In this document: piece after piece, positions 28,796 through 37,464 of the stretch
How positions within the stretch are numbered: the first letter of the stretch is position 1
How the letters are laid out: the number at the start of each line of letters is the position of its first letter
Source: Granulicella sp.
GTDB taxonomy: Bacteria; Acidobacteriota; Terriglobia; Terriglobales; Acidobacteriaceae
DNA length: 64,000 bases
NCBI GenBank assembly: GCA_027339965.1
Contig: DAHWNL010000036.1
Coordinates: forward strand, 1-64,000
Direction of reading: 5' to 3'
Made by a program: the position numbers and the translations under genes
The notes under the pieces: generated by a model
Databases searched by the model: none
What the model was told of the DNA's origin: nothing
What the model saw: the letters and a program-made list of their open reading frames with translations, nothing else

Positions 28796-29602
28796 GTTGC
28801 AATCGCGGAATCATAAATCAGTTTCTTCTGAAGCGCAAGAGCGTTGCTTTGCTTTGCGGTGTGGGTCAACTCTCCGTGGCGGCCGGCAGCCAGAGAGATT
28901 TTGTCATCTCCATCGGGATACCGCCGCTGGAGGGGTAGCCGGAGCGGAACTTCAAATCAGAACTCCAGGCCGGGAGGTTCCAGGAGAGATCTCGTGCCGA
29001 GGATCTCCTGCTCTGTCCCGGCGCCGGCGAATCCGAGATTCCGACTCCGAGACTCCGAATCCTAATTCCAAATCTTAGTACAGTTTGCCGCTTGCCAAAC
29101 CTCCCAGGAGGGTTCGTCGGGCAGCCGGCTCGCAGACACGCTTCGCGTTGCAGTCAATCGAGGGATATTGCTCTTTGCGAGGGACTTAGCTCTCTTCTCT
29201 CCTTTGCGATAAGCAACACCCGCCTGGTTGGACGCTCAGGAGCGGTGAACGTTGCAAAAGTTGCCTCTTGTTTCCTCAGCAGATCGATCCGGATCGGGAG
29301 GAAAGGCTGTGGAGGCAATCTTCTGAAGATCCGTAGCAACCATTTTTCGGCGAGGTGCGTCAGAACTATCAACTGAGAGGCTAACTCACATAATCCTGCT
29401 CTGAATAGAACTTCCTACCTTTTTTGCTCGGTCTTCCGGGCGACCCCTAATGAATCCTCAAGTAGTTCCCCTCCCCGATGCCTCTCTAGGGCCCGCCAGA
29501 AAGCGGGCCCGAAATCTTTAAAGCGCTCGGCGTGCCGGATGGGAGCTTTGGCTGAGTGCCGGCTGAGCGGATGAGGGGAGTGGCGCTTTGTACAATCGAG
29601 GT

Positions 29603-30502
29603 ATGTCTCTCCGCTCTGAACCAGGGCTTGTCAACGTCCCTGGCTGGGAGCCGTACCCTTGGCTCCTGGCCGGCTTCAGCACCCGCGAGGGGGGAGTTTC
29701 GACAGCCTACGCCGCCGGCGGCCCTCCCGAACAGAATCTCGGGTATACCCCTCAGGAGGATCCGCTCCAGGTGACCACGATGCGCCTACGGTTGGCCGAT
29801 GCGCTGGTTCAATTGCGTCCTGCTGCGCACGCTGCGGGCGTCCGGCCATATCTGGTCACCGTTCGTCAGTGCCATAGCGGGAGGGTTTGCCGGGTAGAGC
29901 GTTCTCAGCTTCCGCTGACGAATGAGGATGGCAGCGCCATTCTGGAGGGTGACGGCCTTTACACCGGCGACACGAACCTTCTGCTGGGGGTTCTTACCGC
30001 GGACTGCGTTCCTGTCCTGGTTGCGGACAAACGCACCCATGCCGTGGCAGCCTTTCACGCCGGTTGGCGGGGAACCGTGGAGCGGATCGTCGAACGTGGC
30101 GTTGAAGCCCTCCGCAAGCAATTCGACTGCCGCCCGCAGGATCTGATCGCCGCCATCGGCCCGTCCATCGGTCCCTGCTGCTTCGAAATCGGCGCTGAGG
30201 TGAGAGAGAAGTTCGAGGCGCAGTTTGACTACGGATGCGAGCTTGTCCCGGAGGTCGCGGGCTCACCGCACGAGTCTGCCCGCAGGGGGTCCGACTCTGA
30301 TGGCCGGGTTCACCTGAACCTTTGGGAGGCCAATCGCCACCAGCTTCTCGATGCCGGCCTGCGCCCGGCGGCCATCACCGTGATCGGCGAGTGTACAGCT
30401 TGCGCTCGCCTTCCCGACGGGCGGCGCAAGTACTTCAGCCACCGCGCGGAGCAGGGCTTTACAGGGCGAATGCTGAGCTTGATCGGCGCAGTGGCTCTGT
30501 AA
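29603..30502 (+). CDS. pgeF: peptidoglycan editing factor PgeF / YfiH laccase domain protein
   Basis: FSTREGG, QCHS, TADCVP, HAGWRG, GPSIGPCCFE, YFSHR. Confidence 0.92.
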   Translation: MSLRSEPGLVNVPGWEPYPWLLAGFSTREGGVSTAYAAGGPPEQNLGYTPQEDPLQVTTMRLRLADALVQLRPAAHAAGVRPYLVTVRQCHSGRVCRVERSQLPLTNEDGSAILEGDGLYTGDTNLLLGVLTADCVPVLVADKRTHAVAAFHAGWRGTVERIVERGVEALRKQFDCRPQDLIAAIGPSIGPCCFEIGAEVREKFEAQFDYGCELVPEVAGSPHESARRGSDSDGRVHLNLWEANRHQLLDAGLRPAAITVIGECTACARLPDGRRKYFSHRAEQGFTGRMLSLIGAVAL

Positions 30503-30632
30503 GGCACGGCGCAGCCGGCGTGCTTCTTGTTCCGCTTCCGCCAACCTTCGTCCAGCTTGCCGCCGCAAAGATTGTGGTCCAGGCAGGTTGGGTGCAACAG
30601 AGGCCGCAAAGAGGCTGGAACAGCCAAGGACG

Positions 30633-32438
30633 CTACCCGATGCGGCAGAGCTCTTCCATCAGCGCTTCGCGATGCTGGAGAGCCGATTGATCCACAGAAC
30701 GAAGGTGGAGCTCATAGGCACCCGCCCCGGCGGCAGCGAAGCAAGCCGAAGCCGGAGCCAGCGCCCACAGGGCATGCAGCCAGAGACAGGCCATGAAGAA
30801 CAGGGCGGCCAGGCCGTAACAGCCAGCCAGCACCGCCAGACTGATCAGAGCGCTGAGTTGGGAGGACTGTCTCTGCAGCATGCGCTGCGGGTCTACCTGC
30901 TTGGGCGCGGAGAGCGAACGCTGATTGCCGAAGATCAGGTTCACGGCCAGCGTCCCGGCCGCCCAGAGCAGCGTCGCCAGCACGATGTTCGGCGAGGGGA
31001 CGCCGGCTTGGAAGGAGATCAGGCAAAAGATCAGAATCACCTCGATGGCCGCGATCAGGGCTATCAAAAGATTCTTGGCCAGGACGACGTCGCGCAGGCG
31101 CACCGGCGCAAGAAAGTACACCTGCACTCCAGTTCCGTCCATGCCGAACGAGTTATAGCTGAGCGGGTAGACGGCCAGCAGGATATAAGCCACGGCTGCG
31201 GGAAAGAGCCATATCGGGCTCTTCCCTGCGGAGGAGAATCGGTTGGCGAAGATCAATATCATGAGCGGGGGCATGATCAGGGCGTAAAGAACTCCCCAAT
31301 TCCTCCGCGCATAGAGAATCTCCTTCTGCAGTCCTGTCAAGATGATATCCAGCACTCGCCTTTGCGTGGCAGCGGTGGCGCCGCTTGGGGTCAGAGGCGT
31401 TGAGGGCCAATCGGCAGGCTCGGAGTCCGCGGCGGCGGCTCTTCTTGCCGGCGCAGCGGTTGAGGCGTGCATGGTTGCGGGATCAGCCCGGCCGGGCCGT
31501 GCTCCGGCGGCAGCTTCGGATAGGTTCTCCCCGTGGAACTCGCGCAGCATGCGCAGAGCGAAGATCAGAAGAAAGAGCACGGCGTAGGCCAAATCTCCCA
31601 GCGTGCCGAGGGCAAACCGGAGGCTGCTGCCGTGGCTGGCTGCCGTCAATGCCGAGGCGGCCAACTCCGGCGGCAAGAGCTTGAGCGCCGGCCCGGAGAT
31701 CCGGATGAGGGGACTAGCCCATGCCAGATGCTGCTGGGAGAGGTGAAAGGCGCTGGTCCGGTGGTGGTCGTAAACCGGGTTGAGGGCGAAGTTTGCCCAC
31801 TGGACCCCCACCAGCAATGCCAGCAGGACGGCGGTTAACGCCTCCCTGGCGCGGCGGGTGGCGAGCCAGCGGTCTACCCAGGCGAACAGCATGCGAGAGA
31901 AGAGAACTTGGGTGGCTGCAAAGGCTCCCAGGGCGATGAGCGCGTAGAGCCAGAGGGATGGAGTGGCGATCGCAATGCCCAGGGCCGCCGCGGCAGCCAT
32001 CAGCGTTCCGGCCAGGTTGGCTGGAGTGAGCATGCCAAAGAAGAGCCGGATCTCCACATAGATGCTCTCGCGCATGGGAAAGCGGATCAGTTGGGTTGGA
32101 TCAAAGTTCACGGCGGGCTGCCCAAGCTGGATGTTCAGCAACTGGCAGAGGAGGAAGACTCCCCACAGCAGCCACGCGATCCGGTCCAGATGCCCCTTGG
32201 CGGCGAAGAAGAAACCGGCCACGCCGGCCGCCACTACAAGGAAGAACAGGAGCCCCAGAAAGATCATCGCCGTCACAGCGCGACCGGCCAGCTCGCCTGC
32301 GCCGCCGCGACGCGCAAGGCTGTTGACCGTTATTCGCCAGCGCAGCCAGACGATGGCGGCAAACTGCGCCCGGGTCTGCGCCGGCGTCCATGCCGACGGC
32401 GCGGGCGCGATCTGCGCGGGCGGCTCTAGCTCAACCAT
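30633..32438 (-). CDS. ABC-2 type exporter permease
   Basis: ~12 TM segments, NSFGMDG...LAKN; overlaps the ATPase gene. Confidence 0.8.
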   Translation of the reverse strand: MVELEPPAQIAPAPSAWTPAQTRAQFAAIVWLRWRITVNSLARRGGAGELAGRAVTAMIFLGLLFFLVVAAGVAGFFFAAKGHLDRIAWLLWGVFLLCQLLNIQLGQPAVNFDPTQLIRFPMRESIYVEIRLFFGMLTPANLAGTLMAAAAALGIAIATPSLWLYALIALGAFAATQVLFSRMLFAWVDRWLATRRAREALTAVLLALLVGVQWANFALNPVYDHHRTSAFHLSQQHLAWASPLIRISGPALKLLPPELAASALTAASHGSSLRFALGTLGDLAYAVLFLLIFALRMLREFHGENLSEAAAGARPGRADPATMHASTAAPARRAAAADSEPADWPSTPLTPSGATAATQRRVLDIILTGLQKEILYARRNWGVLYALIMPPLMILIFANRFSSAGKSPIWLFPAAVAYILLAVYPLSYNSFGMDGTGVQVYFLAPVRLRDVVLAKNLLIALIAAIEVILIFCLISFQAGVPSPNIVLATLLWAAGTLAVNLIFGNQRSLSAPKQVDPQRMLQRQSSQLSALISLAVLAGCYGLAALFFMACLWLHALWALAPASACFAAAGAGAYELHLRSVDQSALQHREALMEELCRIG

Positions 32439-33244
32439 GACAGCTCCTGCTCGGGATGGGCCGCTGCTCCTCTGCCCACTACATTCAGGAAGATCTGCTC
32501 CAGGGTCAGACGGCCCTGCGATGTGTCCCCCGCATCGGCAGCGCCATCCTGCGGCCAGCGCGCATGCACGCCGGCGCGCAACTCCTCCAGCGAGCCATGC
32601 GCCACAATCTGCCCGTGGTTGATGATGGCCACATGCGAGCAGAGCCGCTCCACAATCTCCAGCACATGCGAGGTGAGGAAGATGGTGGCTCCACGCGCGA
32701 TCATCCTCTGCAGCATGGTCTTCAGGGTGCCGGCGGCGATGGCGTCCACACCCTCGAAGGGCTCGTCGAGAAAGAGCACCTTGGGACCATGGATCACCGC
32801 TGCGGCCATCGCCAGCTTCTTGCCCATCCCATGAGAGTAATCAGCGATCAGCTTTTTGGACTGGTCGGTGAGGCCCATGAACTCCAGCAACTCTTCAGAT
32901 CGCTGCTCGGTGGTCGCCTTGTCCAGCCCGTACATTCGTCCCACAAAGCGCAGGTACTCCCGCGCGGTCAACTTGGCAAAGAGAGCCATCCCCTCCGGCA
33001 CGACCCCGATGTGCCGCTTCACCTCGATGGGGTTGTAAAACAGGTCCTGGCCCAGAATCTGCACCGAACCCGAGCTGGGCGCCAGCAGTCCGGTGAGCAT
33101 CTTGATGGTGGTGGACTTGCCGGCGCCATTCGGCCCCAGAAATCCAAAGAACTGTCCCGGCTCGATGGCGAGGTCGATGTGGTTGACGGCCGTAAACCCG
33201 TCGAAACTTCGGGTGAGCGCATAAGCGGCAATGGCGGGAGGCAT
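32426..33244 (-). CDS. ABC transporter ATP-binding protein
   Basis: GPNGAGKST, YSHGM signature, LDEP, TSH. Confidence 0.95.
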   Translation of the reverse strand: MPPAIAAYALTRSFDGFTAVNHIDLAIEPGQFFGFLGPNGAGKSTTIKMLTGLLAPSSGSVQILGQDLFYNPIEVKRHIGVVPEGMALFAKLTAREYLRFVGRMYGLDKATTEQRSEELLEFMGLTDQSKKLIADYSHGMGKKLAMAAAVIHGPKVLFLDEPFEGVDAIAAGTLKTMLQRMIARGATIFLTSHVLEIVERLCSHVAIINHGQIVAHGSLEELRAGVHARWPQDGAADAGDTSQGRLTLEQIFLNVVGRGAAAHPEQELSWLS

Positions 33245-33418
33245 GATGAGACGAGTCTATGCCAGGCGGCAATCGCGTGGCGGCGGACGGAGATTGCGAG
33301 ACAATAAAAAAGAGGGTGCGTGCTTTGAGGCTGCCCGGAGGAGTTCCTTCCTTGCCAGTGGAAGAAGCCGGCGGGAGGTTCGTCGGCGGGTGGCGTGGGC
33401 GCCGCCCGGAGGTTCCCC

Positions 33419-35047
33419 ATGACCGCAGATCCGATCGTTGGCCTCCATCACGTGACCGCCATTGCCTCTGAGCCGCAGCTGAACCTGGACTTCTATACCC
33501 GGGTCCTGGGGTTGCGTCTGGTGAAGCGCACGGTGAACTTTGATGATCCCGGGACCTATCATCTCTACTTTGGGGACGATCTGGGCGCTCCCGGCACTCT
33601 GCTCACGTTCTTCCCCTGGCCGCGCGTAGGCCGAGGCGCTCCGGGAGCGGGTGAGGTTACCCATGTCTCCTTTCTTATTCCGCTGGACTCTTTGTCCTTC
33701 TGGGAGCAGCGCCTGGCCAGCAAGGGGATTCCGTTCAGCCGCGGGCCGCGCCGCTTCAACGAAGAGGTTCTCAGTTTCTCGGATCCGGCCGGCATGCAGA
33801 TTGAACTGACAGCGCAGGCCGGGGTCGCCACCGGCCACCCGCCGCGCTTTTCCGATGTGCCCAGCGGGCATGCCATCCGCGGGCTCTCGGGCGTGACCAT
33901 GCTTCAGCTCGACGCCACGGAGACCTCCGGCATCCTCTCCGTGATGGGCTTCCACCAGATTGCGGCCGAAGGTGAGAGGCTACGCTTTGCTTCTTCTGCC
34001 CATCCCACGGCCTTTGGCAGTCACATCGACATTGTTGTTGACCCGCGAGCGAACTTTGGCCGCTCCGGGGCCGGTTCGGTCCACCACATCGCCTTTCGCG
34101 TTGCCAGCGACGCAGAGCAGAGGGATTGGCGCTCGGTCATCACGCAACGCCTGGCCGCCACGGAGGTTCTGGACCGCAAATACTTCCACTCGATTTATTT
34201 TCGCGAACCGGGAGGCGTTCTCTTCGAACTGGCCACGGATCAACCAGGCTTCGCGGTGGACGAGCCCGTGGAGACCCTGGGCGAGAGCCTTTGCCTGCCC
34301 GCCTGGCTGGAGTCCCGGAGGGAGGGTCTCCAGCAGCGGCTGCCGAGCATCACGCTACACAAGGGAGGCACGGAGGCCAATCAAGCCGCCGACCCGCACG
34401 CCTCCGGCGAGCTCTACCGCGCCGGAGTTGCCTTGACCGAGGCTGCAGGGGTGGTGATCCTTCTGCACGGCCGTGGCGGCCCGGCGCGGGATATTCTCAC
34501 CCTCTCCCGCGCGCTTGCTCCGGGCCGGATTCCGCTGGCCTTTCTGGCTCCGCAGGCGGTCGGACTGGCCTGGTATCCCAACTCGTTTCTGGCTGAGCGA
34601 GAGTTGAACCAGCCGCACCTCAACTCAGCCCTGGCCCGGGTTCAGGCGACCGCAGATCTTGCGCTGGCCGCCGGGATTCCCCGGGAGCGCATCGTGCTGG
34701 CAGGTTTCTCTCAAGGAGCTTGCCTGGCCACTGAGTTCATCGCCTCTCACCCGGCGCGCTACGCTGGGCTGATCGCCTGGACCGGAGGGCTGATCGGTCC
34801 TCCGGGATCGACGCTGACCCAGGCCGGTGACCTGCTCGGCACCCCAGCCCTGTTTGCCAGCAGTGATCCGGACCAGTGGGTTCCGTGGACGCGGGTTCAG
34901 GAGTCGGCCCGCATCTTCACCGCTATGGGCGCTCAGGTGGATCTGCGCGGCTTTCCCGGCAAGCCGCATTCGGTGAGCGGCGAGGAGATCGAGCTGGCTC
35001 GCCAGCTCATTGAGCGCGCCTTTGCTGGCGCTCAGGCGAAGGGTTAA
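33419..35047 (+). CDS. fusion: MhqO-like ring-cleaving dioxygenase (VOC) + phospholipase/carboxylesterase
   Basis: GLHHVTAI, VNFDDPGTYHLYFG, DRKYFHSIYFREPGG; then LLHGRG, GFSQG, D and H of the triad; single uninterrupted ORF. Confidence 0.9.
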   Translation: MTADPIVGLHHVTAIASEPQLNLDFYTRVLGLRLVKRTVNFDDPGTYHLYFGDDLGAPGTLLTFFPWPRVGRGAPGAGEVTHVSFLIPLDSLSFWEQRLASKGIPFSRGPRRFNEEVLSFSDPAGMQIELTAQAGVATGHPPRFSDVPSGHAIRGLSGVTMLQLDATETSGILSVMGFHQIAAEGERLRFASSAHPTAFGSHIDIVVDPRANFGRSGAGSVHHIAFRVASDAEQRDWRSVITQRLAATEVLDRKYFHSIYFREPGGVLFELATDQPGFAVDEPVETLGESLCLPAWLESRREGLQQRLPSITLHKGGTEANQAADPHASGELYRAGVALTEAAGVVILLHGRGGPARDILTLSRALAPGRIPLAFLAPQAVGLAWYPNSFLAERELNQPHLNSALARVQATADLALAAGIPRERIVLAGFSQGACLATEFIASHPARYAGLIAWTGGLIGPPGSTLTQAGDLLGTPALFASSDPDQWVPWTRVQESARIFTAMGAQVDLRGFPGKPHSVSGEEIELARQLIERAFAGAQAKG

Positions 35048-35259
35048 AGAGATCTCCGTGCGCACGGATCCTCTCGTATCGGCCGTTCGGAGCGTCTTGG
35101 TCGGCATCAGGATTTTCGACAGGCTTCCTGGCTGGAATGGAATGAAGACGCTGTAGCCAGTCTGGTTCGAGGGGCGCTTTCAGACAGGAAAGCTGGGTGA
35201 TCGGGCGCCGTGATCGAGGGATTGAACGATATTCGCTGCGTGGTTCCCGGTTGAGTTGA

Positions 35260-35533
35260 AAGGCCTGGAAGAGTGCCTCACCATTAACCTGACCGGCTGG
35301 ACATCCCGCCGGCGCTGCTCCGCTGCCTGACCACCACCAACATCATCGAGAGCCCGCACGTCGGAGTCCGCATCCAGACCCGCAGCGTGACCCACTGGCA
35401 GAATGGCAAGATAGTCTTGCGCTGGATGGCTTCGGCCTTCCTCAGAACCGAGAAACGCTTGGAACGCATCATGGGGCACAAAGACCTCTGGGCGCTGGAA
35501 GCGATCCTCACCCCCACTGCGACCGCACCGTGA
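35260..35533 (+). pseudogene. IS256-family transposase C-terminal remnant
   Basis: GLEECLTIN / frameshift / RLDIPPALLRCLTTTNIIES...VTHWQNGKIVLRWMASAFLRTEKRLERIMGHKDL. Confidence 0.8.
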
Positions 35534-35624
35534 TCTTCATCGTGCCGCTGTTCGACGAATTCATGAAGCGCATCACGCTCGGAGAAGAATGGAAGGGAAT
35601 CGGGTTCTGGAATCGGTGCTACGC

Positions 35625-35739
35625 GGAGCTGCTCAAGGGCAGCGGCAATTGATGTGCCGTATGCTTCCGGCTCGAGGGAAACGATAGCGCATAAGACCGA
35701 GTGTTCGAAGATGCCGAGTGCTTCCGCCCTATATTCCAT
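35625..35739 (-). pseudogene. N-terminal fragment of a PadR-family regulator
   Basis: LGIFEHSVLCAIVSLEPEAYGTSI resembles the PadR start LGEFE..VL.A...L...AYG..I; similarity stops afterwards. Confidence 0.5.
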
Positions 35740-35871
35740 AAAGGAAAGGATATGGCACGAAGTTCTCAAGCACCCGCACTTCGTTTCCGGTTACAGGCAT
35801 GAAATGCTGCGCTGGCGGCGTGGTTATAGAAACTACGCCGACCAGAAACGCATCCCAGCGGATATCAGAGA

Positions 35872-35987
35872 AGTCTCAATTTCCGTGTTGATGAGTCCTC
35901 CGAAGCGGGTCTTCGGTGGCGTTTTCATTGAGGAAAGCGCCCATGAAGGCCGAGGTCACGGAATACACTCAGACGGGAAGAGGCTAT
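35872..35987 (-). repeat. diverged copy 4 of the MITE-like repeat
   Basis: GTGTTGATG...GTGGCGTTTTCATTGAGGAAAGCGCCCATG..GG.CGAGG aligns colinearly with copy 3. Confidence 0.7.
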
Positions 35988-36045
35988 GCGGCTGTGGAGT
36001 CTACGTTCTGCGTTGCGCCGCGCTGCTCGATGAGGTTATCGGAGG

Positions 36046-36837
36046 TTATCGGCCAACGATGGTGAGAGCGTATTGGCGGATGGTGGGCGCGAGCTCCCGA
36101 GCGGAGCGGATGGCGAGCAGATAGCGGTCGCCCGATTTACGCAAGAGGTCGGCGGGAACCAAGAACTGGGCCACCGGCTGGTTGTCGAGGGTAGAGATGC
36201 CGGTGGACTCGATGGTAGCGCAAAGGATGTTGGGCACGGCCACGATACTCAGAACGAACCTGGAGCCTGTGGTCCCGGCCGGCACAACCCATTGAATACG
36301 CACGGTCTGGATCGCCGCTGGAAGTGGTAGTTGCAGGGCGGAGCCGTCGCGAACGATCTCCGAGGTGAGTAAAAGCGACGCTACCCCAGCCTGGGATTGG
36401 GCAGAAGTAGAGCGAACGGCTTGCTTGGGAGGAGGGACGGCTTCTTGGGCGTTGCCTGCCAGAGACCGGCGCACGCCGCGATGAGATACAAAGAAGATTC
36501 CTGCAACGATGAGGGCGGAACAGGCCAGGGCGAAGGTAGGCAGAAGCATCCCCGGACGGCGAGGCGCGGGAACAGTCTTTTGGGACGTTTGCACTGGGCT
36601 CAGAGGCGGCCCTTTGAGTTCCGAAGGTGAAAAGGCTCTCTCCACCCGTTTTCTCAAGGCGGCGGAGAGCCTGCCGGCGCGGTAATCATCGAGCAGATCG
36701 AACTCGGCATCTTCGAGCGCTGCGGAAAATTCCGGATCTTGGAAGATGCGCTCGTCGAAGCGGTCTCGATGTTTCTGTTTCATCTGTCCGAGTTTGTAGT
36801 CGAGCAAAAGCTCGCGCAGCTTTTTTTGAGGGTCCAT
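36046..36837 (-). CDS. putative anti-sigma factor (single TM)
   Basis: Helical N-terminus (LLDYKLG...AEFDLLDDYRAGRLS), one TM, beta-rich C-terminal domain; 9 nt downstream of the ECF gene. Confidence 0.7.
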   Translation of the reverse strand: MDPQKKLRELLLDYKLGQMKQKHRDRFDERIFQDPEFSAALEDAEFDLLDDYRAGRLSAALRKRVERAFSPSELKGPPLSPVQTSQKTVPAPRRPGMLLPTFALACSALIVAGIFFVSHRGVRRSLAGNAQEAVPPPKQAVRSTSAQSQAGVASLLLTSEIVRDGSALQLPLPAAIQTVRIQWVVPAGTTGSRFVLSIVAVPNILCATIESTGISTLDNQPVAQFLVPADLLRKSGDRYLLAIRSARELAPTIRQYALTIVGR

Positions 36838-36846
36838 CTTGACTTC

Positions 36847-37446
36847 TCAACTTAAAGTGTTGTTTCGGGTCGATCTATCACGCTGATTCTTGTCACGAAG
36901 CTGTTTATCGATGCACTCTTCCAGTTGCCTGCGCAGACGGAGCGCTCGGTTGCGCAGGGCGTTCCGGTCCAGCCCCAACTCGGCGGCAAGCTGCCGGCGG
37001 TTGCGAATGCGATCGCCGGCATCGCCCGTGTAGTAGCGCTCCAAGATGAAACGGTTGGATGGAGCGAGCCGGCTAAGGCAGTCTTCCAAAGTCGCCAGCC
37101 TTTGCTCGGTCTCTTCTTCTGGCGCGTCATGGTCTACGGACGCATACTCGGAGAGAGCCTTGGATTGCTTGTCCTGGCGAATGCGATGCTCCTGGACAAC
37201 CAGGCGGGCGATGCCCAGCGCAAATCGCACCGGCTCGACAATCACCGGGGCCTCTTCACGCAGCTTGCCGGCCAGACGATCGATGGCAAGATCCGCAAGC
37301 TCCTCGGCGGGACAACAGCGGTTCCAGCGGAAGAAACGGATCAGCGCCACGCGAAGTTGCTCGTAAGCGTCTGCGGAGTCACCGCCGTCGGGCTGCAATG
37401 CGCTCAGAAGAGCCTGAAGTGAAGTCGAGTCAAGATCGTATGCCAT
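36847..37446 (-). CDS. ECF-type sigma-70 factor
   Basis: Region 2 (YEQLR..LIRFF...EELADLAIDR), region 4 HTH (LAAELGLDRNALRNRALRLR). Confidence 0.82.
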   Translation of the reverse strand: MAYDLDSTSLQALLSALQPDGGDSADAYEQLRVALIRFFRWNRCCPAEELADLAIDRLAGKLREEAPVIVEPVRFALGIARLVVQEHRIRQDKQSKALSEYASVDHDAPEEETEQRLATLEDCLSRLAPSNRFILERYYTGDAGDRIRNRRQLAAELGLDRNALRNRALRLRRQLEECIDKQLRDKNQRDRSTRNNTLS

Positions 37447-37464
37447 GAGAGCGCTTGTGAACTA

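Noticed and set aside
35654..36124. 156-aa ORF sharing a peptide with ORFs at 12943-13152 and 60606-60818
   Set aside because: The shared peptide is simply translation through the MITE.
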